Assembly: GCF_021028975.2 (NCBI RefSeq)
Contig: NC_059428.1
Coordinates: forward strand, 156,675,428-156,738,000
DNA length: 62,573 nt
Direction of reading: 5' to 3'
From: Sphaerodactylus townsendi
Taxonomy: Eukaryota
A program made the position numbers and the translations under genes. The notes under the pieces are model-generated. The model did not search any database, was not told the origin of the DNA, and saw only the letters and a program-made list of their open reading frames with translations. Below, in pieces: positions 46,609-58,600 of this stretch; the first letter of the stretch is position 1; every line of letters begins with the position of its first letter.

Positions 46609-47889
46609 TCACGTTCGCATAGAAGGTCGGAGACCCAGACATTTCTTTTGAATGTTTCCCGATGAATGCAAAGTTGTCCCAGGGGATGGTAGCCCGACAG
46701 GGCTGAAGGGAGAGGAAGGAAGCGTGCATTTATCTTTTAGAAGCGTATGCTCCCATTTGAAATAGCCACAACTCTTTCGGTTCCCTTCCTGCTTTCCCAC
46801 TGGGCAGCTAAAGAACGCTTTACCATGATTGGGGCCCCCCTTGGATACCTGGAGCCTTCTAGCTCTCCGACCACATTTGCATAAAGGCGGGGTCACTTTC
46901 CCATTTTCGGTGAACCTGAAAGATCGGTTTTGATTGCTGGAAGAGTTTAAGATGCCGCAAGGCACTGGACGCGATACTGAGCGCCTGAAAGGGTTAATGG
47001 ATGGTGCATCTTTGTCTTTGTATATGTCAAAGGGTGGCTTTTTTCCTGGAGGAGCAGGCGGTGGACTGGACGGCTTCCTCTTCAGAGCTTCAGAAGCAGA
47101 CATCAGGCAGTCTCCATTTGATGACATGGAAGCTGTGTTGGTCTTTGCAGCGGGGAGTTTAAAAACAGAAGCGTTGGAAGACTTGCTTGGAGCTGTGCCT
47201 TTGCGATAAATCGTAGTATTTGGACTTTTGTACACAACAGACTCAGAGAGTTCCTCGTTCAGAGTCATTTCAGGAGCCCCTTCGGATTGCAAATTGCTCA
47301 CGTCTGACTCGCTCGCATCTGTTCTTTCTCCGGAGACCGGTGAACTCCCAATGCCCGAGTGGTCCTCCAACAGTAGGCCTTCTGAACTCTGGTCAGATTC
47401 TGGTATCAATGGGAAATCCTCCCAGTCGGCCAGCATGGACAGACAATCAGAAGTAGTCCCAATGTCCATATCGGAATCATTGATGGAAGAAAGCGTAGTG
47501 GACACCAGCACCAGCCCTGCGTTCTGTGCCGGGGCACTGGCCATCAGATGCCTGTTGCTTAGTCCACTCTGGATGCTAAAAGAGGACGGCTGAAGACAGC
47601 CAATAGGGGAATGGAGTCGGCCAGCAGGCGGAGTCAAATAACTTGGAACGCTGCCGCAGCCAGCGGTTTTGGACCCATTTCTTGACAAAATTGGGATGCT
47701 TCCATACAAACACACTGGTGCGTACTCCGGTTGTTCTTCTCCAGTGTCATTTTTAATTGACGAGGTGCTTTCACAGTCCCCGTTTTTACCCAACCCCGAT
47801 GTTTTTGCACTGTTGCTGCTCCCCAAGGGGCTGGCCTCGGTAGGCTTTGCATTCAAAAATCTGGCAATAGAGTTCTTTCCTGGAGGTGC
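46609..47889 (-). CDS. ERI2: ERI2 exon 9 (last)
   Basis: 1281 nt, Ser-rich linker plus GRF zinc finger, ends LRPSMRT*. Confidence 0.95.
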   Translation of the reverse strand, partial: APPGKNSIARFLNAKPTEASPLGSSNSAKTSGLGKNGDCESTSSIKNDTGEEQPEYAPVCLYGSIPILSRNGSKTAGCGSVPSYLTPPAGRLHSPIGCLQPSSFSIQSGLSNRHLMASAPAQNAGLVLVSTTLSSINDSDMDIGTTSDCLSMLADWEDFPLIPESDQSSEGLLLEDHSGIGSSPVSGERTDASESDVSNLQSEGAPEMTLNEELSESVVYKSPNTTIYRKGTAPSKSSNASVFKLPAAKTNTASMSSNGDCLMSASEALKRKPSSPPPAPPGKKPPFDIYKDKDAPSINPFRRSVSRPVPCGILNSSSNQNRSFRFTENGKVTPPLCKCGRRARRLQVSKGGPNHGKAFFSCPVGKQEGNRKSCGYFKWEHTLLKDKCTLPSSPFSPVGLPSPGTTLHSSGNIQKKCLGLRPSMRT

Positions 47890-50800
47890 CTAAAGATTCC
47901 ATAAACACATGAATAGGTTTTTTAAAGGGAGGGGAACTACAGAAACAGAGAGGCTAGGACAAGCAAGAAACATCTGCCTCGGAATCCTTCACATCGGTAT
48001 CAAGATCAGAGCATTGAAGTTTGTTCTTTCAGCAAAGTCCTCACTCAGTCTGTGCTCTTCGAGGACAGGCGCCAAGAAGAAAGAAACCACTAACCTTATG
48101 CAAAGATTTAGTGATTTTCATCACGCATCCATCGCGGATCATCCGCCAGGCAAGGTGAGCCGTGTTCCGAGAATCATCCAGCCCTTCAGAAAACCAGGGA
48201 TCGTATGGTTGTAAATGTCCACGTACATTAAGCAAGAGAAGGTAAAACATGGCCTAAACCTGGCCTGACACAAGGATTTTCACAAAATCGATTCAGAATT
48301 GTTAATCAGTGTCACACTGTCTGCCTCAGTAAATTAAACGCCACATGGGCCGACAGTTCCATTTCCCGCTCCCTCAACCAATTTTCAAAGAGTACAGGGT
48401 GACAAGAGCACAAATTCGACAAGAGAGCACATACTTTCCATGTGGAAGGTCATAGGTACCACCAAAGGCCCTGCTAGTTAAAAAGGGATCTCGAGCGGCA
48501 GTGAGCCGAAGAAACATTTCCTTGGTAGGCTATCCATTACCTGTGCTATCCTATCCCTACCTGCTCCATATACCTTAGCTTATTTTGTTCAAAGCTGGAA
48601 AAACCCAACAGGTGTTGTCTACCAGAAATGGTTGCAGAGGATTCAAAATAAGTTTCTCAGCTGTCCCAGAAACAGGAAAAACAACACTCACCAGAATGCT
48701 CCCGTCCTGCAAATACGATCCCCAAGTCCTGCAGAGCGCCGTTTAATCCTTGGGGCCTCCTTGAATAAAAGAGCTAGAAGGAGATAAATGCAATTGCTAG
48801 CTTGGTTGCTGTGCTCTTCATTTTGATAACTGCATAGCAGTGTTAACATCTCAGNNNNNNNNNNNNNNNNNNNNNNNNNNNNNNNNNNNNNNNNNNNNNN
48901 NNNNNNNNNNNNNNNNNNNNNNNNNNNNNNNNNNNNNNNNNNNNNNNNNNNNNNNNNNNNNNNNNNNNNNNNNNNNNNNNNNCCCTTTCTCTCCTGTAGG
49001 AGACTCAAAGGGGCTTACAATCTCCTTTCCCTTCCCCCCTCACAACAAACACCCTGTGAGGTGGGTGGGGCTGAGAGAGCTCCAAGAAGCTGTGACTAGC
49101 CCAAGGTCACCCAGCTGGCATGTGTGGGAGTGTACAGGCTAATCTGAATTCCTCAGATAAGCCTCCACAACGCAAGAGGCAGAGCTGGGAATCAAACCCG
49201 GTTCCTCCAGATCAGAGTGCACCTGCTCTTAGCCACTACGCCACTGCTGCTCCTGGTCTTTAATTGTACGATATTCCCCCCGCCAAATGGTTTACAATTA
49301 AAATGCTTAATTAAAACTATGAACTTTCGTTCTGCTGTTCCCCAGCTCTCCCAGAACCAAGATTCTGGGGAGATCAATAGTTGCAGTTAGAGGGACAGGC
49401 AAAAAGGGTTAGTTCCTTTTCTGTTAGGGTTAGAGGGACAGGCAAAAAGGATTAGTTCTGACAAGAATGCCTTCCATTCACGAACAATTACATTGGTGTT
49501 CAAAGCACCATCATCACAAATAAAGCTCAGTTAAAACAGACAGAAAAAATGAGGGTGGGAGGGGGAGAAGTCAACCAGCAGATAACCCCCCCTCCCAGCC
49601 CAAAACCTTTCTAACCAGTGTTGGTAATTAAATTTATATACCGCCCTCCCCCGAAAGGCTCAGGCCGGTGAACAACAACATAATATAGCATCAATAAACA
49701 TCACAACAGTAATAATCATAATATCAAGTAGCAACAGCAATAAACAATATTTCAAATATCAGCGATTATGATACAACAAAATACAGCATCAATAAATATA
49801 GCAACAACAATCAAACATCAAGCAGTAACAATAACAGCATTATAAAACAGCATTACGAGCAACAATAAACGTAACATAACATTATAAACAACAAACATCA
49901 GTAGCAATATATAAGAAATAAAACAATACAGCAATGAATAAACAATAAACAAATGAGATGAGTTAAACATTGCATCTTAGATGGCGACTATATACGAACT
50001 TATTATTAAACTTCTGGACATATTAAACCTAACGGTAACCCTTACAATAATAGCAGCAATTAACTAACAAACTTTACTAACTTAATAACAGCGTCTATTC
50101 TAAACACAATACAGTCCCCAACAATATACCCAAAAGGAGTTAACTAACCTAACCCTCCCTCTACATTCCTAATGTTTTTAAAAGCCAAGAGAATTCCCGC
50201 ACTGTGGTGTTGCCCATAAGAAAGCTTAGGTCACAAAAAGAATTAAAGACAGTCAGAATAACCATCTGACTGCTATGCTACTGCTGCGGCTCAATTATCA
50301 GCAGTAAAGGAATACACACATTAAGAGATGCTTAACGCAGTAGTGTGTTTAACATGCAAAAAGCAGAACATGTACTAAAGAAGGTCCACAGGCAGTGCCA
50401 ACCCAGCAAGGTTATGCAAACTATCAGTGGAAGAATACACTGCAGGAACAGCAACATGGTAAAAAGCCAAGCTGAGAGAAAGAATGACAAAAGATACCTA
50501 GCAACCCATGCCTTTTCTCTAAAAATGTTATCTAATTAAAGCATGGCTAGTTTCTTGAGGGGCAGAGGGGCTTCATTTGGAAATACATTTGGGTGGTAGA
50601 GAATGGGTCATTGGCTTTCTTTTGCAGATCTGTGTTTCCCACTCCACTGGTGCTCCTACCTTGTACGTGGCCCTGAGGTCGATCCAGGAGTGTAAAATCT
50701 CTGGCTGACGCAACTGCTTCCTTTTGCATTCATATTGCAAGCAAACCCCCAGATCCCAGTCTGAATAAGAAACAGAGAAACGTTGCCGTCGATGTTTCAT

Positions 50801-53800
50801 ACTTTGCTCCCACAGCAGTCAAATGGGGTTCATTTTGGTAGCCTGCATGCTGCACCAATTCAGGCATCCACCCGCTCGGAGCCCCTGTGGCTTTTGCAGA
50901 GTGCAATGTTCACATTTTTAATTGGTTTCTCTTTTTGAGAGGCAGATGCTGACTGACATCTCCCTGATGGCCTTTCTTAGGCCAAAGCCTCTGGCAGAGA
51001 GCCCCTTGTGGTGAAGGAATATTGTTATGCCGGCAAAAAAATGCTGGAGTGGTAGGATATAACCCATTATTGTCTGTGTGTATACGCGTATGTGGTTTTT
51101 TTTTTAGTTTGCTTGTTTTGCTGCTGCCGAGTCACATCTGACTTATGGAAACTCCTATTAGGGGTTTTCAAGGCAAGAGATGTTCAGAGATGGTTTGCCA
51201 CTGCCCGAGCAGTGGCGTAGGAGGTTAAGAGTTCACGTATCTAATCTGGAGGAACCGGGTTTGACTCCCAGCTCTGCCGCCTGAGCTGTGGAGGCTTCTC
51301 TGGGGAATTCAGATTAGCCTGTGCACTCCCACACACGCCAGCTGGGTGACCTTGGGCTAGTCACAGCTTCTCAGAGCTCTCTCGGCCCCACCTACCTCAC
51401 AGGGTGTTTGTTGTGAGGGGGGAAGGGCAAGGAGATTGTAAGCCCCTTTGAGTCTCCTGCAGGAGAGAAAGGGGGGATATAAATCCAAACTCTTCTTCTG
51501 CCTGCCCAAGCCTCATGACTCCGGTCAACTACTGAACCTCACCTCACCAAAAGATAGAAGCTCCATTGTGAGCAAATAGTCCTCTTCTTCCTGTGGAATG
51601 CTCTGCGGTGGACATGGCTCTTCAGGAGCAGACCTAAAAATGGAGCATTCCACAAGAAGTATTTGGCCACAACGGAGCTTCTGTCTTTCGGCGAGACAAG
51701 AACCCCACAATGCTATTAGTTCGTTCTTCTCTGCATCAGGCTGAGTGATAAAAAGTGCTATTACGTTTAATAGGCCCTGGGTTTTGGGAGAAGAAATTTG
51801 ATTTTTTTAAAATAAACCCCCACCAAATTTATTTTGAAAGTACTGCAAATTACCTGACCAGGTAACAAATGCACATAGTTTCCCTTCAGAAGCAGCAACA
51901 TTTGGAAGAGCTGAATCAAAAATTATTTTCTTCTCCTTTTGTATCTTCTGAATCCATTTAGAAAACTGAGACAGGCATATAGGCAGAGGGACTCCTTCAT
52001 CGACTTGATTCTTAACACAAGAGAACAAGAGGCCTTTAAGTTTTAGAGAGAAGGTTCTTTTTTACCTGCAGTACTACCCAGTCTTGAAAATATTGGCGGT
52101 TTCCCCACTTTTAAAATGACCTCCGTTTTGTCTGGTCCAGGACCTTTTTAGCCCGAGGGTCGTGTTCCCGGGCTTCCCCACTGCCCCACACCCTGCGCAG
52201 GGTCATCAAAAGGCGCCGTTTTGAGCAGCGCCAGAATGACCCGTGCTGAGGGGGTGCAAGAGCAGCAGAGTCGGGGCGGCTGCGTTGTAGCCGCCCCTGT
52301 AGTGGGGAGTGCAGTTGGACCCCGCGCTACTCGGCGAGAGTAGCGCACAGCAAACAGTGAGTGGGGAAAAGGCCATTGTTATTCACTAAATCCAACTTAA
52401 TTCAAAATCAAATTTTTGCTGTTCTAACAAACAGAATCAAAACTGTTCTTACCTGTGTGATACCTGTTAGCTCCGTGCAAAATTCAGAGAGAACTGGATG
52501 TTCCTGAGGTTGGACGTACATATGGAATTCAGACTCAATCTTTCCATTTGTGGTGTTTAATAAAACGGCTGGAAATTCAACTGGGAGAAAAGCATATTGT
52601 CATAAACACTTCCATTTTACCTTAAGCATTAAGCTAAGGCTCAGTTTAACAGAGAGGTTTGCAAGTCTTTTGATCTAAATAGTTTTCAGTATTGAGAACA
52701 ATTTTACTACGGTAGTATCCCATGTTGTGGAAAAACATGGCATCTAGTATGTAGTATTTCATGAATGCACAGAAGTCCTGCAAAGCTTGGGACTGCAGGC
52801 ACAAATGCAGACTGCTTTGAATGGGCTGATGAACTACAAGACACAATCAGAGAGAATTATCTTGAAAACAGCTCCACTGATCATTCCAGCACATCAAATA
52901 TAAAGGCACAAATATCATAGTAGCTAAAATAGTAGTCAATAAAAACAAACAAACTGCACAAATAATCTTTGAACAGACTCATTTTTAATTCTCCAGTTTG
53001 TCCAGAAACAATCCTTCCGAAGAGTCAACCTCCACTTACTTATTTCTTGGCTGTAATGCTTTCTCCCGTCTCTCCAGCACGTAGACTCAAAATCAATGAT
53101 GATTAAGTAGCCGAACACCTGCCCTGCAGCACAAAAGGAACTGCATGACGCTTCTGTCAGAAACAGCAGGAGTGTTTAAACATTCACCTTGTGAAACAGA
53201 TGTGGCACTCACTCAGTTTAGATCTGTGACTCTGACCATCAGGTGACGATTTGGAACTTCTTCTAAGAATTCCAAGCTGCCTGTGAGGCAAATACATAAT
53301 AGTCAAAATTCTAGTCCTCATTGTGACAAAAGAACAGACTTTTACACATAAAGCAAGGTTGTTTCCAATAAATGTAACCTATAGGTTCATAAGGCTGCAT
53401 TAAACACAGTGAAGAATCCACATGGGGACATTTTATACATCTACCTTTCTTGTGGAAATCAGGGATTATGGTACATTTCTGAAGCATGCAAGACAAGGGA
53501 TTTAGCCACTGTCTCATGACAAAACTAATTTGGATCTCACTGAGAGAGCAAAGTGGCATCCGACATTTTCGTTATTTATTGTTGTTGTTGTTGTTATTGA
53601 TTGCTTATATTATTTTATTACTTATTTATTGACTCTGCCCATAGGCAGCTCTTCTCCTCAAGGTGGCTTACAACAGTCACGACATATACAATAAAACCCG
53701 CCACTATCTGCAACCTTCGCTTTAATCAAACAAACAAATGTAAAAAAAAAACCCACCCTCCTTCCTTCTACCTGAACACTATTACAAAACTCCCTGCTAC

Positions 53801-53865
53801 CCAACAGGTAGAGAAGGCATGAGACCCTCCACTAGGCCTCACCTGGCTAGCCGTTTGGTCGCCAT
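46609..53865 (-). CDS. ERI2: ERI1 exoribonuclease 2 (DEDDh 3'-5' exonuclease with C-terminal GRF zinc finger), 670 aa
   Basis: complement(join(46609..47889,48095..48183,48692..48773,50660..50760,51854..52010,52453..52580,53040..53123,53213..53280,53843..53865)) = 2013 nt, intact. Starts MATKRLARQLG; ExoI IIDFESTC, ExoII TWSDWD, ExoIII HSGLDD; GRF finger CKCGRR...GPNHGKAFFSC...CGYFKW. Confidence 0.97.
48095..48183 (-). CDS. ERI2: ERI2 exon 8
   Basis: 89 nt, LDDSRNTAHLAWRMIRDGCVMKITKSL. Confidence 0.95.
48692..48773 (-). CDS. ERI2: ERI2 exon 7
   Basis: 82 nt, LFYSRRPQGLNGALQDLGIVFAGREHS. Confidence 0.95.
48855..48982. other. assembly gap (128 N)
   Basis: N run where the microsatellite tail of the adjacent SINE is expected. 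Confidence 0.99.
48983..49253 (-). mobile_element. Squam3-like SINE
   Basis: family sequence, reverse. Confidence 0.86.
49670..49955. repeat. degenerate A-rich (AAC/AAT) low-complexity tract
   Basis: directly visible. Confidence 0.8.
50660..50760 (-). CDS. ERI2: ERI2 exon 6
   Basis: 101 nt, WDLGVCLQYECKRK...WIDLRATYK. Confidence 0.95.
51207..51499 (+). mobile_element. Squam3-like SINE
   Basis: family sequence. Confidence 0.87.
51854..52010 (-). CDS. ERI2: ERI2 exon 5
   Basis: 157 nt, NQVDEGVPL...CAFVTWS. Confidence 0.95.
52453..52580 (-). CDS. ERI2: ERI2 exon 4
   Basis: 128 nt, EFPAVLLNT...EFCTELTGITQ. Confidence 0.95.
53040..53123 (-). CDS. ERI2: ERI2 exon 3
   Basis: 84 nt, YLIIIDFESTCW. 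Confidence 0.95.
53213..53280 (-). CDS. ERI2: ERI2 exon 2
   Basis: 68 nt, QLGILRRSSK...|gtgagt. Confidence 0.9.
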
Positions 53866-54350
53866 AGTGACGGCTCCCCTCAGCGCCTCGCGATGCCCTG
53901 GCCCCGCCCACCCCTGTCAACCAGCCACTCCGTCCATTTCAAACCTCCCGCCGGGCCTGGACACCCCGCCTCCTATCGATCCCATCGGAAGCTCGGATAG
54001 TATTGCCTGCCCACCCTACTTCCTGGAATTTCAAAGGAAACAGCGAGACCGGCTCTGATGCGACCGGCTCAGGCAGAGGGAGCCGATTGCCGAGCTGGAC
54101 TTTTCCTCGTTTGCAGGATCTGTGATTGTTTTATTATAAGAAAGGAGCGAGCGGTTGATGAAGGTGAAGATTTCCTCTTGTAAACGATTTCCCTGTTTTG
54201 GGACCTTATTTGAACGGGGTGGAGGGGTGGAAGGTCCCTTCAGAAATGAAGAGAAAGAGCCAGGGGAACGCCCCGCATCATGCACGTGGCTGCAGGGCAG
54301 GGTGCATTTCTGCCAGCCTATCAAATCGGAAGGCTTATTCGCAGCATGAC
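53820..54350. promoter_or_regulatory. bidirectional CpG-island promoter ERI2/REXO5
   Basis: CpG-rich, with GC boxes (CCCCGCCC), between divergently oriented start codons at 53865 (-) and 55551 (+). Confidence 0.7.
53843..53865 (-). CDS. ERI2: ERI2 exon 1 coding part
   Basis: ATGGCGACCAAACGGCTAGCCAG|gtgagg = MATKRLA(R). Confidence 0.92.
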
Positions 54351-54993
54351 TATAGCCTCATCTAAAAATCTTTGCATTAAACTGCTGGTTTTCGCTTTGA
54401 CTTTTTTAAAATTATAGATTCATGTGATCATATATGCGTTGATCGCAGTATTTTACAATGAGCTCTTCCTGTCCCCAATGATGATTATATTTTTGTCCCT
54501 GGAGGGGAGATGGCTCGTGGGAGTACGTTTAGAAGACAATTGCAAAGCTAAACAGTAAACGCATGCTTACCCAGAAGTATTAAAGTGTATTTACTCCCAG
54601 GTAATAACATTGCCATATTTGTTTCTTGGGATGGAAGAGGCTTAGAACAGGCAGAGCATCCGATCTGGGGCACCAGCATCCTTACTCTTGAAGAGACTAT
54701 GGAGGGCTACTGCCAGTCAGAGCAGATGATCCTTTCAGTGAGCTATTTTGAACCACTGACTGTGGAACCGTGCCATTCGCCATTTTGGGTCAGGAAGGAC
54801 TTTTCCTCCAGGCCAGATTGGCCAGTGCCCCTGGAGGATTTTTGCTTTTCTGCGGGCATAGAGCAAGGGCCACTGAGTGGGGGATGTAGATGTCAGTTTT
54901 CTAGATGACTGCTGAGGTGCCTTACTGCTCCACTGTTGTAGAAATATTCCTTTATCCAAACAAAACCAACATTTTCTTGGCTTCTAAATCAAC

Positions 54994-55258
54994 AGCCCCT
55001 TGGCACAGAGTGGTAAGCTGCAGTCCAAACTGGGCCCATGACCTGAATATGATCCTAATGGAAACGGCTCAAGGTTGACCCAGCCTTCCATCCTTCCGAG
55101 GTCAATGAGTACCCAGCTTGCTGGGGATAAAGTACGGACAGCCAGGGAAGTCAATGGCAAACCACCCCATCAACATAGTGTGCCTAGTAAATGTCATGAT
55201 GTGATGTTATCCATGGGTCAGTAACGCCCCTGTTCTTGCACAAGGAACTACTTTTACT
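54994..55258 (+). mobile_element. Sauria SINE (Squam1-like)
   Basis: ggctcaaggttgacccagccttccatccttccgaggtc...gagtacccagcttgctgggg...ggcaaaccacccc, ACCTTT-like tail. Confidence 0.8.
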
Positions 55259-55550
55259 AAATCAAAAGTAAATGCTGTTGTAAAACATAGGATATTGCTG
55301 CTGCCTTCTTTGCAAAGGGCTGCAGGCATGACTAATTTCAGGTGGCCTGGGATCTTTGTACGACTTATTTACTTTATTTCTGTGGCTGCCCGAATAGCCC
55401 AGGCTAGCTCAATCTGATCAGAGCTCAAAAACTAGGCAGGATTGGTATTCAGATGGGAAACCACTTCCGCTTTTCTCTTGCCTTGAAAACACCATGTTTA
55501 TGATTTTTCTCCTCAGGTACGATCCACCTTAAACTGTGCTTCAAAACAAA

Positions 55551-55685
55551 ATGGCCGCAGCAGTCCAAGCGATGAAAAGCAAAAGGCCACATGAAGATGA
55601 GGAAGCCGTAAAAGAAACCCGGGAGTCCAAAAAGAAAAGGAAACTCGCTGAAGGGAACACTTGTCGGAACCAGCACAGAACTACG
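55551..55685 (+). CDS. REXO5: REXO5 coding exon 1
   Basis: acceptor cctcag at 55516, aaaATGG start, NLS-like KKKRK, |gtagtt. Confidence 0.75.
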
Positions 55686-58600
55686 GTAGTTGGTGACAAG
55701 CTGTATTTTTCCTGTACTTCCCTACAATTCAGAAGAGGCAGTGCAGTGGGAATGCCACTGTTATGTGAAGCTGTCGTAGGCATGGATCCATGTTATCTCA
55801 GCCATGTCGGCTCTGACTGGAAGTGGCCCTCTGGACTCTGCAAGCAGAGAAAGGCCTTTCCCCACATCTGCTCTCAGAGATCCTTGAAATTCCATGGAGT
55901 GAACGGAGGCCTGCTATGTAGGAAGCAGCAGCTCTACCGCTGAGCTATGGTTCACTTGCCTCTTCCTCTTTCATCTGTTAAGAGTGTCAAACTCCAGGTG
56001 TTCATGGACTACGATTCCCGTCAGCCCATGCCAGCAGGGCCAATTGCTGGGAATTGTAGTCCATGAACATCTGGAGGGCCTGAGTTTGACACTTATGGTT
56101 TAGAGAGTTACAGTGAGATCTGAGTGAAATCTCCACGTTGTTATTAAGCAGTGGTTCTCAACCTGGGGGGTCGAATGACCCTTTCACAGGGGTTGCCTAA
56201 GACTCTCTGCATCAGTGTTCCCCATCTGTAAAATGGATAAATGTTAGGGTTGGGGGTCACCACAGCATGAGGAACTGTATTGAAGGGTCGCGGCATTAGG
56301 AAGGTTGAGAACCATTGTTATTAAGGTAACCTTTGGCTGGGTGTTCTCTCTGGACCTAACCCGTCTCACAGGGTTGTTGTGAGAAAAGAAAGGTGGGAGA
56401 ACGATGCATGTAACCCTGAGGTCCTTAGATAAAACATTTTAGATAGACACAAATATGCTGATTTCCCGAGTCTGTGTCAAGCCCCGGATCTGTATCCGAC
56501 TCAGACTCTGCAACATTCAGTTCAAAAGTCTTTTTATCGGCAGACAACAGCTAGCAAGAGGTCGAAAGCCAATTCCTAACATGGCTTTCTTACACACTCT
56601 ATATCAGTCCCCTAACAACTTCCCTGTTCCCGTGTTCTACCCAAGCTACAAAGCACATAGAGAGAAAGGAATGTGTGGAAGAGATAAGGCCACCTGGCCC
56701 TGGGCGCCTCTGCTTGGTTCCCTAGGCAAAGTGAAAGTGCATCACTCCCCCATCACTCCATCCCCCTCCCTCCGTACCAGACTGCAGCCGCGCCTTCTCA
56801 GATGCCAGGCTCCCGCCTTACAGTCTGGCCAGTCGATGCTTTTGCTAAGACTTGGCTGGCAGTATTCAGGAGAAGCCCAAGATGACGAACTGAACATCGG
56901 TCCATTTCCTGGGGTTTCTACCTAGCAGGTGCAGTGGGCCGAGGTTCTCGGACAGGATGCTGGAAATGGTAACCTCCGATTTTTTTTTTCAAACCTAGCC
57001 TCTCTTGCTTTTATAGGTAAGGGTGCCTAAATCAGGACTGCTTCACAAAGATTAGTTATGCCTAAAACAGGGGTCTGCAACCTGCGGCTCTTCAGATGTT
57101 CATGGACTACAATTCCCATCAGCCCTGCCACTTGGCCATGCTGGCAGGGGCTGGTGGGAATTGTAGTCCATGAACATCTGGAGAGCCGCAGGTTGCAGAC
57201 CCCTGGCCTAAAACCGCAAAGAGTTCCCCAGTATATGTCCTTGCTTTGCAAAAGTTGAAACACGGCGGTGAGCTCCTAGCCAAGAGAAAAGGAGAACACG
57301 TTTCACTTGTACGTTTCGTGATTTTCTAAGAGCGTCTGGCTGCATTTGTTTCACATTTGGAGGCTGCTCGGCTGAGATTGCGAGCTTTGCCAACGGCGTG
57401 TCTGATGGCAGTCTTTGGCACCGGCACTGTTTATGCTAAACTCTTTCCAGGCGACCTTAGTTTTGCGTAACTAAAATCTTGCATGATCGACTTGTTCTCG
57501 GGGGCTTTTTTTAAAAAAACTGAGTCCTTTTATGCCAGACAAGCTGTCCGCTTCTGGATTTCATTACTGTCAGGGTGGCCGGAATCCTGAAACGCTGCCT
57601 CTACATAAAACAATTCACAGCCTCTCCTCTCATTTCTCAGGAGAAGAAACCCCGCCTGTCGACTGAAGCCTTTGGGGAAGATTGCAAAATCAGCTACGAC
57701 CAACTGTACGAATTCCTAAAATATGCTGCGCTGGGAAAAGGCCAAGCTGCTGCTCAGCCCAGGTAGCAGGCTCTTTTAATGTTCTATACATGCTGAAGAA
57801 TCAAAGCTATTCCAAGCACCCCTTCCTCAACATGGTTCTAATATTTGTAGATGAGCTGTTTGTTATGGCATAGTCTTGCTTTCATTATTAGATTTCCTCC
57901 CCCTGTGGTGGCATTCAGACAACCTAAACACACCACAACGTTTTTGTGATGCGTTCCTTCCCTTTCCTTTGCACTCAGCCTAAAATCTTCCCGGCTTGCT
58001 CCTGTCCCAGTCCAGTGCTCCAACCACTACACCTAACTGTCCAACAGGAAAAGTTTCGTCAACTCTAAAATCATGCCAGCAGCTTGTCGTCTTCTTTGAT
58101 TTGCAGATGGTGCTGTATTCGTCACCGAAGGCATCTGGCTGGAACGGTGGTGGTGGTTCTTCACGAAGTGAGTCAGCTCCACTTCTACAGGTTTTACACG
58201 CAATTCAAGCATCTCCGCAAAACCTTCAGGCACGTAAGTGTGTCATTCTCCCCACCCCGGCCTCCTGCATTTTGAAATCTGGATGAAACCCGGAGTTGTC
58301 TAAAACACACTGTGAATTTATATAGTATCGTTTGTGTTCAGAATGTTTAATGGGTACACTGTAATCCTCGCAACAGACCTACAAGGTAGACCAGCAAGGT
58401 AATCTTATTTATATCCTGCTTCTCTCCCTAGCGGGGACCAAAGGAACTTACAGCATCATTCCGTCCTGATTTATCTACACAATAAGCCTGTGAGATTTTA
58501 AAAAGAGCAGCGGGCTTAAGGTCAGCTGGCAGTTTTCCATGAAGGAGCGGGAATTCGAACCTGGGTCTTCTTGATCCTAGTCCAGCCCTTTAGCCGCTAC

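Noticed and set aside
46609-47856. Standalone 415-aa gene
   Set aside because: It is the in-frame last exon of ERI2 (acceptor at 47890-91).
49386-49458. 30-bp direct repeat in an ERI2 intron
   Set aside because: A simple local duplication with no further structure.
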